The notes beneath the pieces were generated by a model. It was not told the origin of the DNA and did not search any database. It worked only from the letters and a program-made list of their open reading frames with translations. The translations under genes and the position numbers were made by a program. DNA of 37,358 nt from a virus (lineage: Duplodnaviria; Caudoviricetes), in the IMG/VR virus record IMGVR_UViG_3300020310_000004, positions 1 through 37,358 of that record; one strand, written 5' to 3'. Numbering within the stretch: the stretch's first letter is position 1; every line of letters starts with the position of its first letter. Below are positions 12,501-21,400 of this stretch, piece by piece.

Positions 12501-15500
12501 AATCAAGGTGTCCCAATATATGCACAAGAAACTAATATTGCTGATCCTAATGCTCTTGATAGAACCACAGGTACATTTAAACAAGAGCACTTCTTCTCTA
12601 CTTTTGAGCAATTAATATACAAACCAGACTCAAATCTTATAGGTATTGGCGGTACTGCTCTTGTATATCAAACAGGTGCAGGTGTAACTGGATATCTTCC
12701 TGACCTTGTATTTGCAATAAAGGATAATGAAGAAGAATATAGAATAGCATTAACAAAAAATGACGCAATAGCTGGTACAGCAGTAACATTCTTACCTGAC
12801 TCAGGTGCAGGTAATAAGCATAGATTCTCAATGGCAAAGAGAGATTCTAAGTCAATGATAACTATTAGCGGTCTTGTTCAGAAACCAATAACTTATACAT
12901 CGGTTAATTATGATTTACAAGTTCCTGTTGCAGGTTTTGTTACCGCATTTGTATTAAGTGGTATTGGATCAATCTTATCTGGTGATCTTATTAGAATAGA
13001 AGATGAATATTCTATCGTAAGAAATGTTGGTGTAGGTACAACTAGTTTAGGTCCTGCGGTTGGTATAGGAACTTGGAGTCTAGTTGAAGTAGAAAGGGGT
13101 GCAGTTGGAACTGCTGCTACTCCACATGCTGCAGGAGAACCTGCTAGGATCTTTAGAGGATCATTCCAGATATTAGATAGTAATATACACTTTACACAAG
13201 CACCTCTTGGTGGTGATTTGGGTTTACTTAATCCTGGCAACTTACCATATCCTAGAGCAACCTTTGGTGGAAGAACATTCTTAAGGCAAGATTATCTTAA
13301 GAATCAGTTATTTGATGATATATCAAATTCATTTGACGGATTAGAGACTACTTATTCATTAACCTCTGTAGGTGGAGCAGTTACTGGTATCGGTACTACA
13401 GGTGGTAACGGTGTATTATTCATCAATAATATATTCCAAGCACCATTTAGTGAAAATAATACTGATGCAAACTTTAAAATTATAGAAAATGCGGGAATTG
13501 CTTCAGTCCAATTTACTGGTGTTAGTTCGGAAGGATTTACGACACCGATAATAGACATTGGTGATGTCAACGAGAACCAATTACCGAGAGGTGGAATTGT
13601 TATATCGGCAGGATCTACGCCAGGTAGAGGTTATGCTCCTTTTGTTGGTGCAAAAGTATTCCCTCAATTAGATTCTAGCGGTACTATTACTAATATTATT
13701 GGTATTCCTACCTCAGAAGGTACAGGATTCCAAATTAGCACCGCACAATATGATAATGTGACTGGTATATTATCAGTAACTACCGCAACAAATCACGGTC
13801 TTACTATTGATGATCAAATAAAACTTGTTGGATTATACTTTACATGTCCTAAAGACGATGTAGGAACACCCACAAACTTTGTGTACAATCCTGCAACTGG
13901 CATATCAACAGTTACTTTGAATAATCATGGATTGTCAAATGGTGATGCTATAAGTTTCAGAGCTAACTCACTGACACTTAGTTGTACAATGGGAACTGGT
14001 AATAAGACATACCCTCGTCCAACTGATCCTCTTGCAGGTAATGGTCAGTATCTAACTGTCTCTAATGTCACTACAAATACCTTTAGAGTCAATGTAGGTG
14101 CTGCAGGTAGTAATGTTTATTGGAATCCATCAGACGCAGACTATGATCCTAATGCAGGTATCATGACAGTAACGATAGGTACACATGATCTATATGTTGG
14201 TAAGGGAGTTGTAATTCCAGACAATACATTTACATTTACTTGTTTACAAGATGGTAACACTGCACAGAAAACATATCCTCGTGCAACTGATCCAGTATCG
14301 GGTGCATCTATTAATGTTGTCGCAGTTGGAACAGCAACCGCAAATATATCTACCGCAATTTATGATCCTACAGCAGGTATTTTAACAGCAACATCTGCAG
14401 GTCATAACCTCATGGTAGGCAACAGAATACAAATTGCGGGAGATTCTCTAACATTTACATGCAGTAAAGATAATAACGCAACTTATCACCCATATCCTAG
14501 ATTAGGTGATCCAATAAGAGATAAGTGGGTTGCGGTAGCAAGTACAACACTCAATACATTCTCTATCAATGTAGGATCCTCTAGTGGCATATATCCTCAT
14601 TATGATGCAAGTGACCATTCATTATATTCTGTTGCTACAGGTGCACTAATAAAACAGACAGGAACGATTGATCTTAATGTTGGTACAGGTGGAACTGGAA
14701 CATCTGCACATACATTTGTTTCTGCTGCTACAAGTTCTGTACAGTCTTTACCACAGTCAGCACATACATTTGTAAGTGCAGTAACAAATGCGGTTCAAAC
14801 TCTTAACTATGTTGGTGTTACAACTAACATATTCCCAGACTATGACCAATCCACAGACATAACGAATATAGTATCACCTACAATATTCAATACTTTTGTA
14901 GGACCTAGTACAATACCTCACACATATAATGGTGGTGGGTCACCATATGCATTCAAGTATTTGGATGATCTAACATTTGGTTCTGGTTATAATCAACTTT
15001 TAGGAACCGTATCTATTGGTGTTACAAATCCTGTTGGATCAGGAGCAACAATTACAGCAACTGTTGGTGCAGGTGGTTCATTAATCTTTAGTATTGATCA
15101 TGCAGGAACAGGATATACTAGCGGAACACAATTATCTGCTCCTGATCCTAATGGTTCTAATTTAGGAATACAAGGTCTTTACAGACTAGGACTTGGCAAT
15201 ACTACAACTGCAGGTGTTGGTGCTTCTATTACTGTAGACATTATTGGAGTAAGCACAAATACAGGTGCAGGTTCTACACTATTTGAAGTTTCTAAATGGG
15301 AGTTTAGCAAACCTGGTTATGGATTCAAGATTGGTGATAAATTTACATTAGCTGGATTATCAACTGATCCTACTGCAGGTGATGACTTCTTACCGTTTGA
15401 AATAACAGTCTCTAATATCTTTAATGATGATATTTCTGCGTGGCAGTTTGGACAGTTAGATTACATTGATAATATCAAACCATTCCAAAATGGAAGAGAC

Positions 15501-16781
15501 AAGAGATTCCCACTTTATTATCAGAACCAGTTAGTTAGTTTTGAAAAAGATCTTGATGATCCACAATCTAGACTTATAGAATTAGATTCTGTTCTACTAA
15601 TATTTGTAAATGGTGTACTTCAAGAACCTGGCATAAACTATGAGTTTGAAGGTGGAACATCCATATCATTTGACTCTGCACCAACAGATGAAGATGATGT
15701 GTTTATATTCTTCTACAGAGGAACAGTTGGTCAAGATAGTTTCATATTTGATGTTAATGAAACTGTCAAAGAAGGTGATGTAATAGAATTATTCAAGAGT
15801 GCAGAAATTGAAAGAAACAATGTTGCTAAAGATACAACTAACTTTGCACAAAGGGATGAAAGAGTAATTCAAAGAATTGCAACAGCATCTATTGTTGAGA
15901 CACCATTCTATCAAGGTAGTGGTGTTAATAATAATGAATTTAAACCTCTAAGATGGACTAAACAAAAACAAGACATTGAATATGGTGGTGGATTAATTTC
16001 TAAAGCAAGGGATCAATATGAAGCACAAATAACACCTATTTGTAATGTACTAGCATCTATTGCTTCTACTGATACATTCTTGTTTACTAATCACACAGAA
16101 CGCTTTAGAGATATTGATGGTAACTTAGCAGATTCGTTTAGTTTATTTGTACATGCCTCTAATGTAGGATTTGGAACTACTGCACAGGCAGGTGTCAACT
16201 ATGAAGTTTGGGGTGACATTGATCCATTAAATACTGATGTTAAAGGATATACTGGTTTAATTACTGGTATTACAACATCAGCAGGTATTGGAACTGATCT
16301 TGGTCTTGTATTACAATTAGATACTAACAATCTAGTTAATGAATTTAATGCTTCTTATGTACAAGATTTAGAAGCAGGTTATCCAATTCAAGTTTATGGA
16401 TCTGGATTACAACCTGTTGCGGGTGTGATTACCAGTATTGATAGTCATGATTCCGATATAGTCGGTGTCAGCACCTTTGATGTGGACAATATATACTATG
16501 TCTCTGCTATATCTTGGGATGGTAGTTCTAGAACTGGTGTTGCTACATGCAATATACACTCTGGAACTGATGTAAGTGGACTTGTAGGTGTTGGTTCAAC
16601 ACTACATCCTGCAGCAAGGTTAACATGGGGAAGATTCTCTTCCGCATTGAGAAGTGTAGCATATCCTCTTAACATCTCTGTTAAAGGTTTGAATTATAAT
16701 CCAGACCTAGACGAATGGCCAACCGCCAAGCGTATGAATATTGGGTTGCGTAATACTGGAGCACTCGATAAAACCTTATAA
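3567..16781 (+). CDS. gp7: Giant baseplate wedge initiator gp7-like protein (4404 aa) with YHYH-like and many beta-rich repeat domains
   Basis: Lies between gp6 and gp8. N-terminal FLKQYY and LYESKGTDESFKILFKALFG core, DNDYYQNLSY...VHPTGLKNF motif near 10863-10975, YHYH-like segment (HSPIIGWAYDGNPIYGP...DLDEHNGR), and G-x-G-Y and HG-L repeat modules. Confidence 0.85.
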   Translation: MIETYSPLSSRVKTYQVVGDQTPEFAKAENPLLEEFLKQYYISQEHQGGSLDIGENIDKYIKIDNLTKEVVAGIASISSGIDSTTDTITVSPNTKGFPQEYGLLKIDNEIITYTGVTTNTFTGCTRGFSGITTYRTTNDPYNLTYTDTTPAKHDSGASIQNLSALFLQEFYTKLKAQYTPGLEGVTLSPELNVNNFIKEARNLYESKGTDESFKILFKALFGLEPKINDLEKYLIKPSFANYLRRESFAVRVIEGDPLKLIGQTLYQDNEIGNDLVNAASGPISDVVQIRDDYYRISVFIGFDDRDLIEGNFVIPGKTQSIGTIGIGATVITVDSTIGFGQTGTFQVGVTDDSFYQTLDYSEKTINQFIGVTTALKEIPSATELYAPTLVYGFEDNDLSKRVNMRLTGVISNFESLQNLYGLTEQSRIQVKNLGRYVKNPPTDKTYSQVFFNSWVYNTSARYEIEQFFGTTFRLKGRIDKASIKKNDTVEIVIRNTQTVVATGLNVNFVNTALNEVTLSGTITAASGISYDIRRIQEKATSTGVPIVGGQDQILADVTNAYILDAKYSPTNLKEGYVASNSIPSYDITTEKITATLTDPKIGNNDFEGYDVLTNRYTIFSFPSSVPFKTGEEISYVPRGDTTAIGGLTQASYFVEVLSQNNKIKLYQSRSFIPSGIAVGFVPTELPTGIHDFIRAEQARESIFPSGTLKRFILDQNLTDGTKPKTTSESTQTGTTGMLINGVEITNYKSDKYIYFGPVRSFDIVNAGRGYDVSFPPSVGFETSTSGINTAYGRVSVAGTVTGILVDPVEYEIKNVVSVDVHGGNGSGARAEAITELAYRSLTFNAKKFAIGGNIDVGSDRFILNKEHFYKTGDRVIYNANNNNPIALSTSTAVGLDTGLVEGQSYYVGVAATNIFQIYTNKSDAVAGVNTVSFGSTAGDSNVGIHQFNDYETKRRISRIAVIDSGSGYTNRKISVNPTGTIGGISTVRDFIEFPNHGFKDGEVIHYSSDDTAITGLSTTAQYQVLTIDDNSFRLCNSGLATTRLPDQTNYLNKLYTRFDSTGSGYQNFFYPAVTVDINVVTSDDANRTIEAFPIVRGSVVDTILYDEGRDYGSNIINFEKTPIVTTNYGELGQIGLTIVNGRISDAFVQAAGQNYDGPPDLEVIGVGTANGARLRAVMNGGSIDKVKVLAAGVGYALSTTTVTVLAPGNAATFASNIRRLTGNKFNTSQTTNGDYLGAVDGGLAIESVGYGETVRTVFNDDGTGHSPIIGWAYDGNPIYGPFGFSDRDNNQSGSRRMLSSYKLDQSRVKNRPNTSEFVAGYFTEDYYYDSSGDLDEHNGRFCKTPEYTQGIYAYFATVDNLIAPQFPYYIGHTYRGFPIEENIQVGSKIKQSNFNFENSELVRNTNPYNMFGSGVSYDYVVQPYKSINNVAFPERILSGSIDNIKIVQSGIGYTVGTPLNFDNSDTGGSNAYAIVNKINGQEVSKISTIFNKFEDIIFSWGGSDRVIGHRKPFHQLKSSDYVQVSGLSTSIIGLTGSHQISLVDYSTTLLDTGFVGVVTDIRVQSISPTVSVGATIGFSTQIFSAGIGTTVGVGSETAQILNIFPDDNVLRIRRSGAAATTGILGIGVSFFTDEIIIPLAVEYFESQPNRKIYFNPTESVGFGTTVSQTITRSYQYMGVTKDRSLLTKTIHLENHGLQTNDELTFSIPTSGSNISCATSSIYAGTFNLPSTVYAVKKTEDTIGIKTTKTSADLTFISGGSDVYDYLFEKVEPVKVTGTIEKIATTVETTVDHSLEDGDIIDLIVKPGLSTGIGTTTYTKLKVIDDYLITNPLEIAASGIRTDTNRIRANDHRLVTGERILYYGANLPDGIEQKEYYVVRVDDNTISLTNTFAETAGVPVLVNITSQGGSGQTINPINPQLRPFKNNDLVFDMSDPSLTGYQLKFYYDTNYFNEFVGSASSETFEVIGVSTFATVGIGSTIPTFDNVFHPTTILKYSDTSPELIFYNVFGTSGVATTKNTGVVNQGQVKYVDSGYAGKFNIVGVSNTEFKVNLRFPPESLQYTSANCDNLSYTTQSPTANGGISSITILNRGINYEKVPGISSVAGSGSNAILIVESVDINRLSEVTVPDDVFGYPSDNTLKPDAFIPRVLTIADYSTIVDVRVSFGGRAYITAPQLVIFDKGTGEVVDSGLITCDLSDSAVTSATISVPPSGLSENEFGVIPTRNSNGIAVLEAFADAGILTCKISTPILGYKKEPIAIGDSIFLEGITSYDGTGYNSADYKFTPFRVSDYNNATNPRQVTFDYTGFTTNPGIGVTAIYGFGNITKFGNLATFEVTKGFSTFVENEKFKRNTNPFADVRLDFVNVNTANIIVSGAEDLEVGDILIGKLSGSSARITGVEEFDGNFNIQASVKTTVGWRDNVGLINDTNQVLPDNDYYQNLSYAIESPKTYEDLITYVNDIVHPTGLKNFANTEIITDAALPGYKSVGETFTPAEDKGGLVLDFINEPLRVDAIYPADLARDFQAQGNISKFVELRSTRLADFILNKTNRVLKHDDISPQFVSNDSNDLSPYRIVATYPAPRKFQRFFTQTVHQAEDPAKNQYQLNEFISVTVGQDTFLLQKYEDKNYDQLGFTTSYVQFDTSYSSNATDLIIRPNEPFDTDYEVKTFQSNFSDTVGVGTTAFGHIRLESSVSTVGGANTLGVALTTNVIGVSTITTEAAVIQFVVSDLTTSQVDFFEYAAMHNGSDTYLTELAAFNSKQNLSGLSSPDFIGTFSSYIDGGLLKLDFLNGSQNTVEIKSKMIAVDPSVVGPTTDYRFKNTTFDPDGTERTARLEVTSQAKAGIATVCGIASIRDLSVKSTIHVAIGDTQSIHSIYLLTDPYNQQNFITEYPLASIGATMGIGTFGSTYRPDGHINLEFHPSVSGIVSVSAYNEILYKDEDPNGLLEGIGEISYGSVFENVAQTKYLGINNRDSRTFAIRNQGVPIYAQETNIADPNALDRTTGTFKQEHFFSTFEQLIYKPDSNLIGIGGTALVYQTGAGVTGYLPDLVFAIKDNEEEYRIALTKNDAIAGTAVTFLPDSGAGNKHRFSMAKRDSKSMITISGLVQKPITYTSVNYDLQVPVAGFVTAFVLSGIGSILSGDLIRIEDEYSIVRNVGVGTTSLGPAVGIGTWSLVEVERGAVGTAATPHAAGEPARIFRGSFQILDSNIHFTQAPLGGDLGLLNPGNLPYPRATFGGRTFLRQDYLKNQLFDDISNSFDGLETTYSLTSVGGAVTGIGTTGGNGVLFINNIFQAPFSENNTDANFKIIENAGIASVQFTGVSSEGFTTPIIDIGDVNENQLPRGGIVISAGSTPGRGYAPFVGAKVFPQLDSSGTITNIIGIPTSEGTGFQISTAQYDNVTGILSVTTATNHGLTIDDQIKLVGLYFTCPKDDVGTPTNFVYNPATGISTVTLNNHGLSNGDAISFRANSLTLSCTMGTGNKTYPRPTDPLAGNGQYLTVSNVTTNTFRVNVGAAGSNVYWNPSDADYDPNAGIMTVTIGTHDLYVGKGVVIPDNTFTFTCLQDGNTAQKTYPRATDPVSGASINVVAVGTATANISTAIYDPTAGILTATSAGHNLMVGNRIQIAGDSLTFTCSKDNNATYHPYPRLGDPIRDKWVAVASTTLNTFSINVGSSSGIYPHYDASDHSLYSVATGALIKQTGTIDLNVGTGGTGTSAHTFVSAATSSVQSLPQSAHTFVSAVTNAVQTLNYVGVTTNIFPDYDQSTDITNIVSPTIFNTFVGPSTIPHTYNGGGSPYAFKYLDDLTFGSGYNQLLGTVSIGVTNPVGSGATITATVGAGGSLIFSIDHAGTGYTSGTQLSAPDPNGSNLGIQGLYRLGLGNTTTAGVGASITVDIIGVSTNTGAGSTLFEVSKWEFSKPGYGFKIGDKFTLAGLSTDPTAGDDFLPFEITVSNIFNDDISAWQFGQLDYIDNIKPFQNGRDKRFPLYYQNQLVSFEKDLDDPQSRLIELDSVLLIFVNGVLQEPGINYEFEGGTSISFDSAPTDEDDVFIFFYRGTVGQDSFIFDVNETVKEGDVIELFKSAEIERNNVAKDTTNFAQRDERVIQRIATASIVETPFYQGSGVNNNEFKPLRWTKQKQDIEYGGGLISKARDQYEAQITPICNVLASIASTDTFLFTNHTERFRDIDGNLADSFSLFVHASNVGFGTTAQAGVNYEVWGDIDPLNTDVKGYTGLITGITTSAGIGTDLGLVLQLDTNNLVNEFNASYVQDLEAGYPIQVYGSGLQPVAGVITSIDSHDSDIVGVSTFDVDNIYYVSAISWDGSSRTGVATCNIHSGTDVSGLVGVGSTLHPAARLTWGRFSSALRSVAYPLNISVKGLNYNPDLDEWPTAKRMNIGLRNTGALDKTL
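13728..14940 (+). repeat. Four nested protein repeat units in gp7 (Y-[DN]-x-x-[TA]-G-I...H-x-L...F-T-C...Y-P-R-x-x-D-P...H-T-[FY])
   Basis: Openers YDNVTGI, YNPATGI, YDPNAGI, YDPTAGI. YPRxxDP occurs three times. Closers HSLYSV, HTFVSA, HTFVSA, HTYNGG are stacked at the end. Confidence 0.8.
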
Positions 16782-16784
16782 ATA
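16777..16784 (+). promoter_or_regulatory. T4-type late promoter upstream of gp8
   Basis: Exact TATAAATA overlapping the gp7 stop codon, 35 nt before the gp8 ATG. Confidence 0.85.
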
Positions 16785-16819
16785 TCAAAATAGTAAGACT
16801 CTTTTTATAGAATATTGCA

Positions 16820-18397
16820 ATGGCAGCAATTATAACCGATCAATTTAGGATTATCAACGCTAATAACTTCATGGATGATGTTACGAGTGGGGATAACTCT
16901 TACTATGCTTTTCTTGGATTAGCAAATCCTACAGTATCGGGATTCGGAAGAACAGATACTTGGAATAGTACTACTGTTCAACCACCATCACCTGTCGATA
17001 GTATCAATTATAATAATCATGTGTATGATACTATGTTATTTGGAAGAAAGATATTTCCTGGCGATGTAAGAAGATTAATTAGAAAAGTAAATTGGACAAA
17101 AGGTACATCATATGACATGTACCGTCATGATTATAGCACAACTAACCGTTCTTTGGTTTCCAACTCTAGTAGATTATATTCATCAAGTTATTATGTTATG
17201 AACAAAGACTACAGAGTCTATGTTTGTATTAATAATGGATCTGCAGGTATAACTACAATTGCTAGTGCATCATTAGATGAACCAGGTTTTACAGACCTAG
17301 AACCATCCTCTGCAGGTGTAAGTGGTGATGGTTACCTTTGGAAATATATGTTTACAGTTCCTCCTGCGGACATTGTAAAATTTGATTCTACTGAATATGT
17401 TGCTGTTCCTAATGATTGGGAAACAACTACTAATGCAGATGTGAAAGTTGTTAGAGATAATGGAGATTCAACTGTCAACAATAACCAGATAAAGGTTGTA
17501 TCTATAGATGATCCTGGTAGAGGATATAATTTTCTTTCTAGTCCTATAGAAGTTGATATACTAGGCGATGGTACTGGAGGAAAAGTAAGAATCTTAACTA
17601 ATACAACAGGTGAGATTATTCAAGCACAAGTAACGCAAGGAGGGCAAGGTTATAGTTATGGCCGTGTTGATTTATCTTCTATTAATAGTACTGTTTCGAC
17701 TAATGGTAGGTTCGCCAAACTAAGTCCCATAATACCACCAACTTTAGGGCATGGATTTAATGCTTATAAAGAATTGGGAACTGATAAGGTTTTGATATAC
17801 ACTAGATTTGATGCATCTTCTTATGATTTTGTACCTGATACAATATTTGGTCAGGTTGGATTAGTTAGAAATCCTCAAGCAGTTGGTGCTTCTGGAACTA
17901 CCTTCCTACAAACATCAGAATTTTCTGCACTAAAATCTATTAAATTTACTGGAGACACTTCACAGTCTCTTGGTATTGGCACAGTTATAGAACAAAATAT
18001 AACTGGTGTAGGAACTGCTAGAGGTTATGTTGCATCTTATGATCTTGATACTCAGGTAATTAAGTATTTCCAAGATAGAACATTATCATTTACAAATAAG
18101 TATGATCCGACTGATAGTGCAGATGTTGCTAATCAAACTCCAGTCTTAGAATTTACATCAACTGCAAATGCTGTTACCAGTACCGCATTTAGTGTTAATG
18201 TAGATACAACCTTTAGTGGCATATCCACTGTAACCCCTGCAGGTAAGACTGTTGACTTAGGAGTTCAGTTTACAAATGGACTTGCCGATGCTGAGATAAA
18301 TAAACGCAGTGGAGATTTAATTTATCTTGACAACAGACCCTCTATTACAAGAAATGAGCGTCAAAAAGAAGACATTAAAATCGTATTAGAGTTCTAA
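16820..18397 (+). CDS. gp8: Baseplate wedge subunit gp8
   Basis: MAAIITDQFRI start, W..GTSYDMY, YYVMNKDYRVYVCINNG, DGYLWKYMF, and C-terminal IYLDNRPSITRNERQKEDIKIVLEF typical of gp8. Confidence 0.93.
   Translation: MAAIITDQFRIINANNFMDDVTSGDNSYYAFLGLANPTVSGFGRTDTWNSTTVQPPSPVDSINYNNHVYDTMLFGRKIFPGDVRRLIRKVNWTKGTSYDMYRHDYSTTNRSLVSNSSRLYSSSYYVMNKDYRVYVCINNGSAGITTIASASLDEPGFTDLEPSSAGVSGDGYLWKYMFTVPPADIVKFDSTEYVAVPNDWETTTNADVKVVRDNGDSTVNNNQIKVVSIDDPGRGYNFLSSPIEVDILGDGTGGKVRILTNTTGEIIQAQVTQGGQGYSYGRVDLSSINSTVSTNGRFAKLSPIIPPTLGHGFNAYKELGTDKVLIYTRFDASSYDFVPDTIFGQVGLVRNPQAVGASGTTFLQTSEFSALKSIKFTGDTSQSLGIGTVIEQNITGVGTARGYVASYDLDTQVIKYFQDRTLSFTNKYDPTDSADVANQTPVLEFTSTANAVTSTAFSVNVDTTFSGISTVTPAGKTVDLGVQFTNGLADAEINKRSGDLIYLDNRPSITRNERQKEDIKIVLEF
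18295..18302 (+). promoter_or_regulatory. Possible gene-internal late promoter for the VrlC-like gene
   Basis: GATAAATA in the gp8 3' end, about 100 nt before the next ATG, the same geometry as 3459-3466. Confidence 0.45.
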
Positions 18398-18401
18398 AAA
18401 G

Positions 18402-21400
18402 ATGCCACAACAGACCAATCTAAACATAAGTCCTTATTACGACGACTTTGACAGAACCAAGAATTTTCATAGAGTTCTTTTTAAACCAGGTTTTCCAGTA
18501 CAGGCTCGTGAACTTACAACCATGCAGTCTATTCTGCAAAATCAGGTTGAACAGTTTGGTAGTCATATATTTAAAGAAGGATCTGTTGTAGTACCTGGCG
18601 GTATTACTTTTGATCCAGAATATTTTGCAGTTCAATTAGATGGAACTCACTTAGGAACTGATGTTGAAGTATATTTGAGTGCACTTAAAGGTAAAAAAAT
18701 AAAAGGTCAAACTTCTGGTGTAGTAGCAAAAGTAGTAAACTGTATAACCTCATCCATATCTACTAATAACAATCCAACAATATTTGTAAAATATATTTCA
18801 CCAGGTCCCAGTGGAGCTTTCGATCTCTTTAGTAATTCTGAATTACTTATACTACAAGATTCAGTAACTTATGGTAACACAACATTAAATATAGGATCTT
18901 CAATAGCATCAACTATTGCTGTAGATGCATCTTTAACAGGATCAGCAGCTAGTATAGCAAGTGGTGTTTACTTTGTAAGAGGTACTTTTGTTAGAGTTAA
19001 CGAACAAACACTTATATTAGATCAATATACAAATGATAGCACATATAGAGTAGGTTTGCAAGTTGTTGAATCAGAGATTGCTGCAAAAGAAGATACCAGT
19101 TTATATGATAATGCGAAAGGATTTTCCAACTTTGCTGCACCAGGTGCTGATAGATTAAAAATAGAATTAATTCTTAGCAAAAAACCAATAACTGATTTTG
19201 ATGATACTGATTTTATAGAAGTTGTTAGAGTCAGAGAAGGAACTATTGAAAAGGAAAATAATAATAATTCTCAATACAATATAATTTTAGACTATCTTGC
19301 AAAAAGAACACATGATGAGTCTGGGGACTATGCACTAAAACCATTTATAGTTGATGTTCAAGAAAGTTTAAATGATCGTCAAGGAAGTGGTGGTGTTTAT
19401 TTCGAGAACGAAACCACAAGAGAGGGAAGAGAACCAGAAGAAGAATTAACTGCTATAAAAATATCACCAGGTACTGCATATGTAAAAGGTTATGAATATT
19501 CCACACAGGGAGAAATTATTGATTGTCCTAAAGCAAGATTGTTGCAAGATGAATTTATCGAAGAATCTTTCACATTTAGATTAGGTAATAAACTAATAGT
19601 ACAAGATGTCAAGGGTGCTCCTATACAAGGAGATAGTGTTAATTTACGAAGTGGTATTAGTAGTTCTATTGTTGGAACTGCAAAGGTATATAATTTTGCA
19701 TTGTCAGATTCAAAGTATAAGGATAAATCAACTGAGTTTGATTTACATTTATTTGATGTACAATTACGCAATGATCTCCAATTAAATGAATATGTTACAT
19801 GGCCAAGATCAATTACTGTTGAAGGTGCTGAGAGTGGTGCTAGAGGTATTAGTGTTGCAGCAGGAACTGCCAGTAGTACAATAACAGTAGAGGGTGTGTC
19901 TGGTAGATTTTTAGACGGAGAACAACTTATATTTACTAATGATTATAACTTACAGAGATCAATACAAAAAGTAGTAAGATATGATATTAATGATGTAGAG
20001 AATATAGGAGATACTGGTAATACTTTCTACTCTAAGAAAAAATTATTCAATGTATTACCTCTAGGATTTGATAAGACTGATCTTGTACAAATTGCCACTA
20101 ATGGAACTGTCACATGTCCTGGCAAAACATTTGAAATATTTAAACCCAATCAAATTATAACATATACCGTAGCTGGTGAAACTTTACCTCAACGAAATGT
20201 TGTTACTGAAGTTAATGCAGATGGTACTAACATGAAACTAGCTGCAACGACAGGAGTAGCAAATATATTTCTAGGAGGTTTACCATCTAGTACATATACA
20301 GGTGCGATATTCTTAGGTCAACAACAATTAACTTCTGAAAATAATTCTGGTTTATATCTTCCATTTCCTAAAAGCAATATCGGTGAAGTAGATCTTACTG
20401 AAGCAGAACTATTATTAAGTGATCAAGTCACTTCTGAATCCACAGATGCTAATGGAGTTTTAGTTGTAAATACTAGTGCACTAAGTCTTAATGATGTTAC
20501 TTTTGCAGCATTTGATCAAGAAAGATATAAGGTAACTTATAGTGATGGAACAATTGCAATAATAGACGATTCTCAAGTTGTCATAACAAGTGACACATTA
20601 ACAATCAATAACTTACAATTTAGTGAGACTAGTATAAAGGTTGATGTAACTGTTATCAAGAGTAATATAAGAAGTAAAGTAAAAGAATTTAAGAAAAGTC
20701 AGTCAGTTAATATAACAAGATCTTCTAATGCTGCAACTGGTAATGCTGTTAACATTGGTCTTAATGATGGATTAACAGAATCAGCATTATATGGTTTAAG
20801 AGTGCAAGATGCGGATATATCTTTAAATTGTCCTGATGTAGTAAATGTTGTTTGTGTTTACGAATCACTGGATGCAAATGCTCCAATATTTGATAAGTTG
20901 GCATTTACATCAACTGATCCTATTTTCCAAAATGCGATAGTAGGTGAAAATATAATAGGTGAAACATCTAATGCTGTTGCAAGAATAACAGAAGTTGATG
21001 TTGGTAATAGTAATATTAGTATCGTATATCAAACTGTTGATAAATTCAATCTTCTTGAAAATTTAACATTTAGTGAATCTAACTCTACTGCAGTTCTACA
21101 AAATGTTATCAATGGTAAGTTTAAAAATATAACAAATGAATATGTTTTAGATAAAGGTCAAAAAGAACAGTATTATGGATATTCTTCTATAGTAAGACTT
21201 AATGATAACTATATTCCTACAAAACAAATTACAGTTATATTTGATAAGTATGATATACCATCTACAGATACTGGAGATGTATTTACTGTTGCTAGTTATG
21301 ATCCAGAAAGATTTTCAAAAGATGTTCCCGATATAGGATTGTCTCAAACAAGAGCAACTGATACACTTGATTTTAGACCTAGAGTTGATACATATGATCC

